Source of the DNA: Tubulanus polymorphus
Taxonomy: Eukaryota > Animalia > Nemertea
Assembly: GCF_964204645.1 (NCBI RefSeq)
Contig: NC_134032.1
Coordinates: 1,670,416-1,734,415 of the forward strand
Length of the DNA stretch: 64,000 bases
Reading direction: 5' to 3'
The notes below the pieces were generated by a model that saw only the letters and a program-made list of their open reading frames with translations, did not search any database and was not told where the DNA came from. The position numbers were made by a program, and so were the translations under genes. This document shows positions 1-12,700 of the stretch, one piece after another. The number at the start of each line of letters is the position of its first letter. Positions within the stretch are counted from its first letter, which is position 1.

Positions 1-3000
1 CCGGATTCTCGTTTATAGAATTGAACGCGTCCGATACTCGCAGTAAGAAGAATCTGGAGGAACACGTGATGACGGCTCTGAGAACTAAATCTTTAGTTAA
101 TTATATCGGTAAATAACGAAATTACTTCTCGAATCTATGTGTCGAAACTGGGGAACCTCTTTTCGATAAGAGTGGGCATTAGTTTTATAGATATTTAAAG
201 ATATTCTTAGGGATCACTGCTTAACTGGGACCTGATTTTATAAACAGTTATCTCTACTTATAAATCCTTAACCCTTTCAGTGCGTCTACACCGCAGTGCG
301 GTGTATGAATCAGTGATGGATTTTGCTAGTACACTGCACTGCGGTGTATGTATGTAATTAGTAATTAGTTTTCATCTCTCTTGAAAAATGGCAGCACTTG
401 TCAGACATAGTGAAATACTAGTAACTAACGATACACTGCACCGCGGTGTAGACGCACTATAGTGCTATTCGCGTTATTCAACACACTAGGGCGGAATTTT
501 ACAAAATTTTAAAATTATCTAGCACTATAGGGTATTAATAAGTCAGCACTGAAAGGGTTAACCGGGTCCCGGTTTTATATATCGGGCATCGAATTCTACG
601 AACCTTTAAGGGGTTTTAAATTTATTCCTAGGGATAATTTTGAACCGAGACCCGTTTCGTAGACCGGGTTCCTATCAGCACGGCATCTAATCGATCATTT
701 TTGATTGTTTTTTTTTAAGGAACTGGTAAAGAAGAGAATACGCGATTGAATCACTGTCTGTTGATGGACGAAGTGGACGGCATGGCCGGCAACGAGGACC
801 GCGGCGGAATGCAAGAACTAATCAAACTGATAAAATCGTCACGTATCCCGATTATCTGCATGTGCAACGACCGCGCGCACATCAAAATCCGTTCGCTGGC
901 GAATTACTGTTTCGATTTGCGGTTCTCGCGGCCGCGCGTCGAACAGATCAAGTCGGCGGCGATGTCGATCGTTTTTAAAGAAGGCCTGAACGTGTCGGCG
1001 CCGGCGCTGAACGAGATCATCCTCGCGTCGAATCAGGACGTCCGACAGGTACGTAGGGCCGGCGAAAAAAAAATTTCGATTTGCTCTTTTTCACGGGGTC
1101 CCTGCGACTCCTTGATTCCTTGCAAACTGCTGATAAACCAAAAATGTATTTCAAGGTCCTTGAATATCTTAGAATTTGTGCAAAATGTCCAAAATTTCTT
1201 CAATTCTGGAATAACTGATCTGTAGGGACCTTGTTTCAGCTCCGAAAGTCTCGTATCCTAGAATGCTACGGAAGAGATACCGTATTTTCCGATCGATAAG
1301 CTGATTTTAGCCTCAGATTTTTACCACAAGTTCCAGTTCCACAGTTTGAGTTAAGATTTAACTCTTACGTGTTCATTAACATTGAAAATTAACTAGTTTT
1401 AACTCAAAGCGTTTACTCTTAACTCACAACTGTGGAACCGAGTCCAGAATATCACGATCGAATGGAAAATCAGCTGTACGCGTTAGTAATAGTGCGGGCT
1501 GATGTTCTATGCTAATTCGCTTCATCCTACTAAAATTGGGGCTTGAGTTTTATTCGAATGTACATAAAATGACTACTCTATGAGCTCGGGGAGGCGAAGG
1601 GGGGCTTAAAAAATCAAAGCAGATTTTGAAAGTTCCGTTAAACGCCCCCGCGTTTAATTCGAAGGTAATTCACAACTTGGAGATGTTTTGCTCGAAAGAC
1701 AAATCGTTGGACTACGACCAGGCGAAAAAAGACGCGTCGGCCGCGAAAAAAGATTTCAAAATCGTGAGTAAAAAGCGTGGAAAACTCCAACTAACAATCG
1801 AGTTAACTGACGAAACTAACGAAAGAAATGCCACAATAATGAAGCCAAGATTGAAAAATTCTATATCCGAATGATTGTATTTGAGGAGCGACGTTTCGGC
1901 TAACAACTGTTAGCCATCATCAGGCGTACCGTCGAATACAATCATTCTGATATAGAATTTTTCAATCTTGGCTTCGTTATTGTGGGATTTCTCTCGACAT
2001 CGTCATACACGGATATTGTGTATCTTCTCGTCTAATCGAGTTAACCCTTTCAGTGCTGGCTAATTAATACCCTAAAGTGCTGGAGATAATTTGAAAATTT
2101 GTAAAAATTCCACCCTAGTGTGTTGAATAACGGGAATAGCACTATAGTGCGTCTACACCGCGGTGCAGTGTATCGTTAGTTACTAGTATTTCACTATGAT
2201 TGACAGGTGCTGCCATCTTTCAACAGAGATAATTAGTAATTACTAATTAAATCAATACACCGCAGTGTGGTGTACTAGCAAAACCCATCACTGATTCGTA
2301 CACCGCACTGCGGTGTAGACGCACTGAAAGGGTTATCAAACCAGAAATAATTATGATGTTTGATGAAATATCCATCGTGGAAACATTGTGTCTGATTGAT
2401 TGGTTCAATTTTGTTGGTTTGTATTATTTTCTAGGGGCCGTTCGACGCGTGTAGACAGGTATTCTCCGGGTCGAGTTCGTCTATGACCGTCGACAAACGG
2501 TCGGAGCTATTTTTCGAAGATTACGGCATCATGCCGCTGTTCGTCCAGGAGAACTATATCCAGGTCAAACCGTTTTCAGCCAAGTACGTTTAAAATTCTT
2601 TTTCATTACGAGTCCGCGCAGATTATATATAGTCTCTACAACATGATAAGACAAAAACCCACTATCTACAGATAAAAATAATTTAAAAACAAGAATTTAT
2701 TTTTTCAATCCAAAATATATAGAAGACACGAAGTATAGAATCACCTGACGATGATCTCTAGGACGAGATCGAAACGTCCTGTATTTTGTGTATTTTAGAT
2801 TGAATAACTAAATTCTTGTTTTTAAATTCTTTTAATCTGTAAATAGTGGGATTTTATCATATTATCCGTTCACCACGTTTGAGTGTGGTCATCGTTCTAC
2901 TCTACAACATCCTAGCTTGCCAGCGTTTGATTTCTGCCCGCACCAACACAGACCCTTCATTGGTCTATTACATTGCCCAAGATTTCTTGGGTGAACAGTT

Positions 3001-6000
3001 TGTCGCCCAGTGGCCACCGGTTTAAGCCAATCAGATGTGTTGTTTTTCATCGGTTGATTCGCTCTATCAGTTAATACAACGCATCTTATTGGCTAGGTAT
3101 ATAGACTGGTGGCCGCCGAGGGGAAACCAGTCCGCACAAGAAATCTTAGGCAGTGTTTATAGACCAATCAGATTGGCTATGTATATAGACTGGTGGCCGC
3201 TGAGGGGTAACCAGTCCACGCAAGAAATCTTAGGCAGTGTTTATAGACCAATGAAGGGTTTGTGTTGGCATGAGCTTAGGCGGGAGGCAATCAAACCCTG
3301 GCAAGTGAGGATGTCTCAACCGAGGAATAAGATGTGTCTAATTCGCTTACCGATCAATTACAATTTCGATCGGTGTTAATTTTTTTCAGCGGCGATCTAA
3401 AGAAGCATTTATCAGCGTTGAGTACGGCGGCTGACAGCATGTGCGACGGCGACCTGGTCGACCGATGCATTCGCGGCAACGGATGCTGGAGTTTACTCCC
3501 GTTACAGGTACCGGACCTTTCTTCGAGTCTTTGCTCTTGTGATGGCAACTTTTTAACCCTTTCAGTGCTGACCAATTAATACCCTATAGTGCTGGTGATA
3601 ATTTGAAAATTTTGAAAAATTCCACCCTAGTGTGTTGAATAACGGGAATACCACTATAGTGCGTCTACACCGCGGTGCGGGGTATCGTTAGTTACAAGTA
3701 TTTCACTATGTTTGACACGTGCTGCCATTTTTCAAGAGAGATAATTACTAACTACATCAAAACAACGCAGTGCGGTGTACTAGCAAAAATCTATCACCGA
3801 TTAATACACCGCACTGCGGTGTAGATGCATTGAAAGGGTTAACAGTGTCTTTCAATAGACATAAAAACTAATTGCTAATTACATCAATACCCCGCAGTGC
3901 GGTGTACTAGCAAAATCTATCACTGGTTAATACACCGCGCTGCGGTGTAGACGCACTGAAAGGGTTAATTTAAAATTCAGTAGCGTTGGAACCATAGCGA
4001 CTGCAGCGGTGAAAGCCGCGGCAATAATTTAGCGAATGACGTTTTTTTTTTTGTCGAAACTCTGTTTTTGACGAAATTGAAGTAAATTCGTCGCTGCAAT
4101 ATAAGAACCTGTCAAAAATTTCGCCGCGGAAATCAAAAATTGCTTCCAACATTGCGCCTGACATTTTTTCGAATGATTCGAATTCGACAGGGCGTCTACA
4201 GCACGGTGATTCCCGGTACGGTGATGGCCGGTCACATGACGTCGCAGATCTCGTTTCCCGGATGGCTCGGCAAGAATTCGACGACGCGTAAAACCGACCG
4301 CATCATACAAGAATTGAACTTTCACATGCGATTGAAGTAAGTTAGGTTCGGCAAGTAGAAATTCATTCAGCATTTTCAGGCGAAGTGTGGACGATCAGTT
4401 TTTGAAAGTGTGCTGATAAAATGTCTAATGTCTGGTGTTAGTAGTTCATTTTCAATTAAAAATGTCTCAGGTGAAGCACTGAACACATGTGAAGTGTGGA
4501 CGATCAGTTTTTGAAAGTGTGCTGATAAAATATCTAATGTCCGGTGTTTGTAGTTCATTTTCGATAAAAAGTATCTGGATCGTGACCCCTATTTAAATTT
4601 AAGAAAATTGATTTAAAAATGTGTCATATTTTATTGTCGCCTTAATTTTTTCAGAATTTCGGCCGACAAACGCGCGTTGAACTTGGACTATCGACCGCAT
4701 TTGAAACACGCGTTAACGAAGCCGTTGTTTGGCGACGACTCTACTCGGGTCGGCGAGGTCGTCGCTCTGTTGGACGAGTATTCTCTGTTGAAGGACGATT
4801 TCGACAGCGTGATGGAAATCAGCCAGTGGTCGAATTCTCCGGACGTGATGAGTAAAATACTGCCGAAGGTTAGAAAAAAAAAGTTTGAACTGTTTATTAT
4901 CAGAGGGGCGAATTTGGCCTCGGTTCTCGAAGCGCTGCACAGTCGAGTATCGCACAGAACCACGGAGGACGGCGTGCGGGTCCTACTCCAAAAAATTCTT
5001 CTACGGCCAGATACAATCTGCGCGTTTGTGGGGACACCCGTCCCAAATAAAATCTTAAATATACGGTGGAACCTCGTTAAGTGCGAATCTTTTGGGTAAA
5101 AGTGAAATAGTCGTATTAAAAAGGTTTTCGCGTTATCCAAAGCCTAATTAGTGTAGATATCGATGGCTGGGACGAGCCGGAAATCATCGCGATAAACAGG
5201 TTTCATCTTTAACAAAATTCTAAGGGATCATTCATTTATTACGTACGCATAGAATTTGAAATTTTCAACCCCCCTCCCCCTCTGTACGCAAAATCGGCCA
5301 TTTTTTTTTCGTATACATTGAGCATTACAGTACGCACTGACCCCCCCTCCCCCTCCCCTAATGCGTACGTAATAAATGAATGACTACGAAGGATTCTACA
5401 AACAAATTTCTATTGGATGTAACAATAATATTAGCAAATTGGGCACTTTCCCAAAATTACACCTGCTATGTACGGCCCTGCCCTGATAAGGGGTCATTCA
5501 TTTATTACGTACTCATTAGGGGAGGGGGAGGGGTCAGTGCAATTGCGTACATGTATTGTAATGCTTAATGTATATATAAAAATTGCTGATTTTGCGTACA
5601 GAGGGGGGGGGGTTGAAAAATTCAAATTTTATGCGTACGTAATAAATAGATAATCCCTAAACATGATTACATCATTACAGTTGCTGTTTCCTCAATTGAG
5701 TTCAAAAACTTAAACGCAGTTTCAAAATCGCAGTTTTTTCTATTTTTGGTTATGATATGAGTTCTAGCGAGTTCTAGTTCATCGGCACTTTATTCAATGA
5801 ATTATTTTATTCAAATGAATGATCCCATCTGATGCGATCATATCTAGAATGAAGCCGGTATCGACTCTCAAATCGTAATTTCGTTTCGAATCGCAGGTGA
5901 AAAGCGCGTTCACGCGGCTCTACAACAAAGAATCTCATTCGTTGCCGTACGCGATGACGGCGTCGGTGAAAAAACAACGCAAAACGACGGCCGCCGACGA

Positions 6001-7565
6001 CGACGACGGAGGAACGCTGCTCGGAGCGGACGCAGCAGACGCCGCCGATGACGAGCCGGAGAACGACGACATCACAAAAGATGCCATGATTAAAGTATGT
6101 TTACTCATCAGTTTTTGAAAATGGCCCAAATGGGTCGAACGCTCATTGAGTTCTCTCTATGTACTTTTTGTTTTTAAACATTGGTGAAACGGTATATAGA
6201 GAATCCCGCACTGATAAAACGAGAAAGATGAAGTCCGAAAAGTTTCCTTTGAAGATAATAATTTATTGATTCGAAGTTGCGACTTTATCCAAATAGTCGT
6301 CTTCAGGAATACTGTATTCCTTGAGCTAGTTTAGTTTATTCAACGTTTCGACTATATCCTAATAGTCATCTTCAGGAATACTGTATTCCTTGAGCTAGTG
6401 TAGTTTATTCAACGTTTCGACTATATCCTAATAGTCATCTTCAGGAATACTGTATTCCTTGAGCTAGTGTAGTTTATTCAATTTTTCGACTTTATCCTAA
6501 TAGTCATCTTCAGGGATACTGTATTCCTTGAGCTAGTATTGTTTATTCGATGTTTCGACTTTATCCTAATAGTCATCTTCAGGGATACTGTATTCCTTGA
6601 GCTAGTGTAGTTTATTCAACGTTTCGACTTTATCCTAATAGTCATCTTCAGGAATACTGTATTCCTTGAGCTAGTGTAGTGTATTCAACGTTTCGACTAT
6701 ATCCTAATAGTCATCTTCAGGAATACTGTATTCCTTGAGCTAGTGTAGTTTATTCAACGTTTCGACTATATCCTAATAGTCGTCTTCAGGAATACTGTAT
6801 TCCTTGAGCTAGTGTAGTTTATTCAACGTTTCGACTATATCCTAATAGTCATCTTCAGGAATACTGTATTCCTTGAGCTAGTGTAGTTTATTCAACGTTT
6901 CGACTATATCCTAATAGCCATCTTCAAGAATACTGTATTCCTTGAGCTAGTGTAGTTTATTCAACGTTTCGACTATATCCTAATAGTCATCTTCAGGAAT
7001 ACTGTATTCCTTGAGCTAGTGTAGTTTATTCAACGTTTCCACTATATCCTAATAGTCATCTTCAGGAATACTGATGTTGTCCTCATTACAACCATTGATG
7101 AAACACTCTGAGTCCGTGTTGTAAAGATAATATAAAATCCCTGCCCACTAAGAATAGAAAGAGTCTGAAATGTTTCCTCAAACTAGTGTAGTTTATTCAA
7201 AGTTAATAGACATTCATCTTCAGGAATACTGTATTCCTTGAGCTAGAAGTTGATTTAACGTTTTAGACTATATCCTAATAGTCATCTTCAGGAATACTGT
7301 ATTCCTTGAGCTAGTGTAGTTTATTCAACGTTTCAACTATATCCTAATAGTCATATTCAGGAATACAATATCCTGTTCAGTTCGTAGAATAAGATAGATC
7401 GATAGGCAGACGTTATAAGGGAAGTTGTGTAGTTTCAGTCATGTACGGCGTTTATGTTTGATTTATTTGCAGGTTAAGACGGCAGCTAAATCTAAGAAAG
7501 ACAGTAAAACATCCAAGAGCAAAGACTCGAAACGAGGAGGCAAGGGCAAGGGCAAGGCGAAATAA
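1..7565 (+). CDS. RFC1: Replication factor C subunit 1, 3' portion (gene starts upstream of window). Exons <1-108, 720-1048, 1665-1763, 2435-2583, 3390-3507, 4191-4336, 4655-4868, 5897-6094, 7473-7565
   Basis: Motifs IELNASDTRS, Walker B LLMDEVDGM, DRGG, PIICMCND, FFEDYGIMPLFVQENY, FPGWLGKNS, VKSAFTRLYNK and a Lys-rich tail. All introns are GT-AG with compatible phases; TAA at 7563-7565. Confidence 0.95.
272..557. mobile_element. piggyBac-type MITE (TTAA TSD, CCCTTTCAGTGC TIR)
   Basis: TTAA|CCCTTTCAGTGC...GCACTGAAAGGG|TTAA, with internal TACACCGC/GCGGTGTA palindromes; multicopy in the window. Confidence 0.85.
1796..2044 (-). mobile_element. Penelope-like short palindromic insert with a hammerhead core on the minus strand (1890-1923)
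   Basis: Inverted arms ~1831-1884 and 1932-1985; minus strand CTGATGA-t-GGCTAAC/GTTAGCC-GAAA-CGTC; flanking direct repeat AATCGAGTTAA (1796-1806, 2034-2044). Confidence 0.65.
2045..2332. mobile_element. piggyBac-type MITE, same family as 272-557 (opposite orientation)
   Basis: Same TIRs; flanks TTAA/TTAT. Confidence 0.85.
2655..2855 (+). mobile_element. Penelope-like palindromic insert with a hammerhead core (2745-2778)
   Basis: Inverted arms around CTGACGA-t-GATCTC/GAGATC-GAAA-CGTC; downstream arm homologous to 35496-35560. Confidence 0.6.
2907..3313. mobile_element. MITE with an internal ~87-bp tandem duplication
   Basis: CATCCTAGCTTGCCAG...CTGGCAAGTGAGGATG inverted ends; partial copy near 23985-24104. 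Confidence 0.6.
3557..3964. mobile_element. piggyBac-type MITE (3557-3838) plus duplicated right end (to 3964)
   Basis: Same TIRs and TTAA flanks; a second right-end copy ends GAAAGGG|TTAA. Confidence 0.8.
5221..5660. mobile_element. Two opposed copies of a Harbinger-like MITE (5221-5384, 5487-5660)
   Basis: AGGGATCATTCATTTATTACGTA-type TIRs with TAA flanks; related copy near 23738-23822. Confidence 0.65.
6262..7072 (-). repeat. 69-bp tandem array (~12 copies) of a minimal type I hammerhead ribozyme motif, Penelope-like derived; further units at ~7180-7365
   Basis: Period 69 (AACGTTTCG at 6342, 6411...). Minus-strand unit: TATTC-CTGAAGA-t-GACTAT-taggat-ATAGTC-GAAA-CGTT-GAATA. Confidence 0.8.
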
Positions 7566-7784
7566 ATCACGCGTTGGAAAATCAGGGGGTGGTTGCTTAA
7601 AAGTTGGTTAGACGAGTTAACTAGTGGATATAGTTGACGTTGTGACAATTAAAAGTTCATCGTTACTATGGTATTTATCGGCCGGTTATCGTTAACCAAC
7701 TTTTCAGCAACTGGCGCCCTTGTTCAATAATCTGAAATGTAAATATCAGACTCTGTACAAAATACATATCTATATCCTTGTTGT

Positions 7785-7790
7785 AATAAA
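7785..7790 (+). promoter_or_regulatory. Candidate polyadenylation signal of RFC1
   Basis: AATAAA about 220 bp after the stop codon. Confidence 0.45.
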
Positions 7791-9027
7791 AACACTGGAA
7801 ATGAAAAACTGTTTATTTCAAGATAGTATTTAACTGGGTCTCGGTATCAAGAAGTCTTAATTTAAATTCTTCCATAATTCACGACTCTACTTGGTTCATC
7901 TTGGTTTATCTGGGTTCGTCAAGGTAAAAAACAAAAGCGATGAGAAACAAGGCAATCTTTTTGGCCTTGTTGAAGAATTATGATCGAATAATCATGCGGG
8001 AAAGATAGCGGGTAGCTCCGATGAATTTTACTCGGAGCCATCCATATACCGGATAAATCGTCGTTACACACCCGGAAATGAATTGACAAATCAATCAATA
8101 AAGTCGAATTAGAAAATCGAAAATCGGCGACCGAAAAAGTTTAGAAATGCGACAGATCAAGTGACATGTTTGAAAAGCAATGATTTCGAGTACGACAAAA
8201 TATCAAACATTTACTGATTGAATACTTAGATGGTTTATCTGGAGATGTCAGTTTGTTAAATCGGTAGGTTTTTCGTAAATTGCAGATTAATTTACAGTTA
8301 CAGACAGGCCTATGTATTCCCTCCTCCCGCGAGATGAGGCCCGGCCTCCCCTCACAGCTCATCAGTGAGCTCACTTCGAATCATGTGAATTCCATTCTTA
8401 CTATTCCCTCCCCTCTTCTATTCATGGCATGAAACAGTTCACTTCAGCTGGATTCTCTCTCATCAGAAATTAACCGGCTGTCATCTACGTAGGCCTAAGG
8501 CTAGAAAATGATATACCCGTAATTTAAAGAAAAGTTTCGGTAAAAGTACAGATCTGCACCTCTCATGATTGATGCATTCTGCTGAATGACAGAATCTTTC
8601 TAGTGTAGATATCTTGAAATTAACTAATGGCAATGTACTGAATTGCTGATGACATTTTTAATCTGAAACAATGATATTTAATGTAATTGATTGAACTGTT
8701 TACACGGAGAGGTTTCATGAAGTTTGACATTTCGTGATTTTAATGAAAAAATTGATAGCTTAGTTCTTATTTCTGTTGACCTGGCCAGTTGCTGGTAGTT
8801 GCTTACTGTCGATGACGATCCTCCAGGTTTGATAGTGGTTACCGCTCCAATTTCTCTTGACAGGTTAAAGATTCAAATGAACTACACTGATAAGCTTGGC
8901 CTAAGCAATTTACGGTGAAGTCTATCTGACTGGAAAAGTGAAACTTATATTATACAGCGACTTGTAGGCCTATGATTATGATTGGATATGAGAAACCGGG
9001 TTAAGTAGTGTTTAGGATAAAATTCTG

Positions 9028-9134
9028 GACCCAGTTCCACAGTTGCGAGTTAAGATTTGACTCTGAGTTAACTCACTGAAAGTGAACTAATTTTAACTCA
9101 GAGTTAACTCTAACTCACAACTGTGGAACTGGAT
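9028..9134. mobile_element. PIF/Harbinger-like MITE (CWG TSD); family copies at ~1330-1445 and 58107-58214
   Basis: GACCCAGTTCCACAGTTG...CAACTGTGGAACTGG; CTG/CTG flanks here and CAG/CAG at 58 kb. Confidence 0.7.
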
Positions 9135-9391
9135 CCTGCTTAAAAAACCACACTGGATTACCGGTTTACTGCGATAAAAACTACTGATTTAGGAGGTGTG
9201 TACAGTTATTGGGTTATGAAAGTGATACAGACACTTCTTCAAAATTTGATATTTTCTGCTTTAAAACTCCATATATCCAGGAATGACTAATCTTTAGGGA
9301 CCCTGTTGAATTTGTTTGTTTGTTTTTGGCTTTACGTTGCTTGGATCTCGTTTTCACAAAATACTAAACCTATTGGATTATTGATTTAAGA

Positions 9392-9633
9392 TTCCTTTGA
9401 AGTGTTAGCCTACCCGCACACTGTAAGCAGCCAGCAGAACTCGAACCCACTTGTCACTCAGCACTGATGGTGAATGCTATAGCACTGGCCGTGTTTCCCC
9501 AAGACTAACCCTATTGGATTTTTAATTTAACCTCACGATGGAACCGCGGCCTTTGAAGTGTTGCCCGCACGCTGTAAGCAGCCAGCAGAACTCGAACCCA
9601 CTTGTCACTCAGCACTGATAGTGAATGCTATAG
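9392..9633 (-). repeat. Two tandem copies of a tRNA-related SINE-like segment
   Basis: ~90-bp direct duplication containing the B-box-like GGTTCGAGTTC on the minus strand. Confidence 0.4.
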
Positions 9634-9768
9634 AGCATCACGCCATATATATCCGCTAAATATCCCTGAAAATTCACAAATTTCCCTTATGAATAAACCC
9701 GTGTATTGCTGCGCCATCTGGTGTGTGCCGGTGATCAATGTGTAGTATTTTTAACGTATTTTTCAGAT

Positions 9769-12700
9769 ATGGAATCAGAGGACGAGAGTTCGCTGAAAGT
9801 CGCGCGGAAATTCCGCGACTTCCTGTCGTATCACAACAACTTCACGACGCTTCAGAAGATATCGTCGATATTCGTCGCGTTGCTCGCGCTGGCAGTCGTA
9901 ACGCGCAACGGCGGTCCGGTTCTGACGTTCTTCACCGCGAGCGGTCTGTGTTTCCTCGTCGCGTCGAAACTCTACGAGATCGCCGATCGCGAAACGTCAC
10001 GTTTCCTGCGTCGCGTGGCGCGCAATCTGCAACTGCTGTTCTACGAAAACGTCGTGCGTCCGCGCTTGAAGAAGAAATCAAAACCGGCGGCGTCGATGTC
10101 GGCGCGCGAACTCGAACACATCGAATACTGTTTAACCGAGCAGTTGAACTTGATGAAATCGTTGATTTTTCGAGATTTCATATCGTCGTGGTACTCGACG
10201 CTGAGCGATAACGCACAGAGCGCCACCGACGCCAACGCGATCGTCGCCGATCTGTTCGCATACGCGCGCCGCCGACTGGAGTCCGTCGACCGGCGCGAGC
10301 TCGTCGTGCGCGTCGTCGACACGTACGCGCGCCACGTCGCCGCGATCGTCGACGCCGAGGCGTTCGTGCGTCGGCAGCCGAAATACCGACGCCGCCGTCG
10401 CGACGCCGAGTTCAAGAAGATCGCGACGGTCGACGAGGTTTTCACGCTGAACGCGCGTTGGCACCCGGCGCTCGGCGCTCCGTCGGAATATCTGCGCGGT
10501 TGCGTCGACGTTCTGGCGAAGGTTCTGTTGAAGTCGGATCTTTACGCGTGTTTCACCGGGCGCGAGATGCTCGTCGACGTTTTAACGTCGAACGTCCTCG
10601 AGCCGTTGATCGCGAGGTTCGCGACGACCTCGTTCATTCACGAGATCGTCGTGAAGATTTTAACCGAGGACGAGGACGACGACGATGAATCGCGCGGCGC
10701 GGAATACGAGAAGGACGGCGTCGCGTTGAAGCGCCAACGAAGCAACCACGTTTTATACAAAAACGACGACGACGAGTCGGACGCGAGTTCCTACACGACC
10801 GACGTTCTCGCGCAACATTTTAAAATCGACGTTAAAAATCCGTCTGCGCGTTCCGACGGAAATACGATAAACGCAACCGGTAGAGATGAGGAGGAAACTC
10901 GTTCCTCTTCTTACCGCAGAACCGGAGATGATGATGACGACGACGACGATAAAAGCGGGAAATTGAGCTGTCGTAAAATCGGTAAATCTTCGTTTTATAT
11001 TCCGCAAGAGGCCGTTTCGCCGAGTCGCGAATTAGGACCGTCGTCGCCGTCGCGCAAAGATGACGAATCGTCCGATTATAATTATCGCGATGAACAAATT
11101 TCGATAGCTGTGATAACGACAGACGCGTTCGAAAATGACGATACGCGGGTCGACGACCGAATGAAGCGTCCTAGCAGACGTAAATATACGGCGTTCGAAA
11201 ATATCGATATCTGCGATGTCGATGTCGACGCGACCGCCGCCCCGGCGATGATATTGAACAAACGTCGATTTACGGTGTTCGAAAATATCGAAATATGCGA
11301 CGTCGCCGACGACAATGGCGGTGATAAATCGGTCGGCGCGGAGACGTCGGACGACGCGAACAATCGGTTGACGGTTTCGGCGAAAACGGAACGCAGCACG
11401 TCGTCGCAGTCGGATTATCTCGTGATTCCGAGCGATGGGTCGGAATCGGAAAACGTTTATTCCGTGAACTCGCAATCGTTCCTCATCGCGAGTTCGTCGG
11501 AGTCTAAACTCGGTCGAGGAATCGCCCCCAGTTTGAAGCCGCTGACAGGACTTGCCCCCGGTTCGGAGCCCGCCGATATACCCGTCCCCGGTTCGAATCC
11601 TCACCTGGAACTCGTCGCCAGTTCGGAGCCGTGTACCGGACTCGGCGCGGACTTCGACCCGGAACTCGCCGCCGGTTCCGAGGAGGATATCGTCGCCTCG
11701 TTACCCGAGAACGCGGAACGTCGTTTAGGAGATTTCGCGCAATCGGCTTCGAACGCGAGTTTGTTTTCGCTCGGCGGTTCGAGCAGACGCGAATCGGCGA
11801 TTTCGTCAGACGCGATTTCGTCGGATACGGACAGCATCGCGTCGTCGGAGAGAACGGAACCCGGCTACCACGCCGCGACGTCCGGCGGTAATCCACCGGT
11901 TAACGTACCCGGTCAACCGCCGTTCTTTCGAAATTTGAAAATTCCGTCGACGGATTTCATCGACGAGAAATTCGCTACTTACAACATCGAGGTAAAGATG
12001 GCGATTTTCTTTTCTTTTTCTGTTGTTAACCCTTTCAGTGCGTCTACACCACAGTGCGGTGTACGAATCGGTGATGGATTTTGTGAGTACACCGCACTGC
12101 GGTGAATTGATTTAATGATTAAGATGGAATATTTTGTTTAAATTGTTGTTTATGAACGTAGGGTTTATTAACCCTTTCAGTGCGTCTACATCGCAGTGCA
12201 GTGTAATAAATCAGTGATAGATTTTGCTAGTACATTGCACTGTGGTGTATTGGTGTAATTAGTTTTTATCTCTATTGAAAGATGGCAGCACCTGTCAAAC
12301 ATAGTGAAATATTAGTTACTAACGATACACCGCACCGCGGTGTAGACGCACTATAGTGGTATTCCCGTTATTCAACACACTAGGGTGGAATTTTTCCAAA
12401 TTTTCAAATTATAACCAGCACTATAGGGTATTGATTAGTCAGCACTGAAAGGGTTAAGGATACCGAATTTGTGCAATTTTTAGTATTTTTTGTATTCTTT
12501 ATATGCGTGGAAATAGGCTAGTTAGTTACCTAATCGTTGGTGGTAAGCTTTTATAATCAGATAGGCTTATACCAACGTTAGGGATGATGTGGTTCGTGAA
12601 AATATCCGATCGTGAAACTAAACCTCAGATGCTAGACTGGTTACCGACTGGGAAATAGGCCTAGCACGTGTTCAAAATCTAGTGTTTGAAGCTGCTCTAC

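Noticed and set aside
3035-3379. 114-aa ORF with an internal repeat
   Set aside because: Derived from a tandem duplication within an intronic MITE
6262-7072. CRISPR-like array
   Set aside because: Units are contiguous with no unique spacers, in a eukaryotic intron with no cas genes
9738-11896. Many overlapping alternative-frame and antisense ORFs
   Set aside because: Shadows of the GC/CpG-rich SNX19 exon 1
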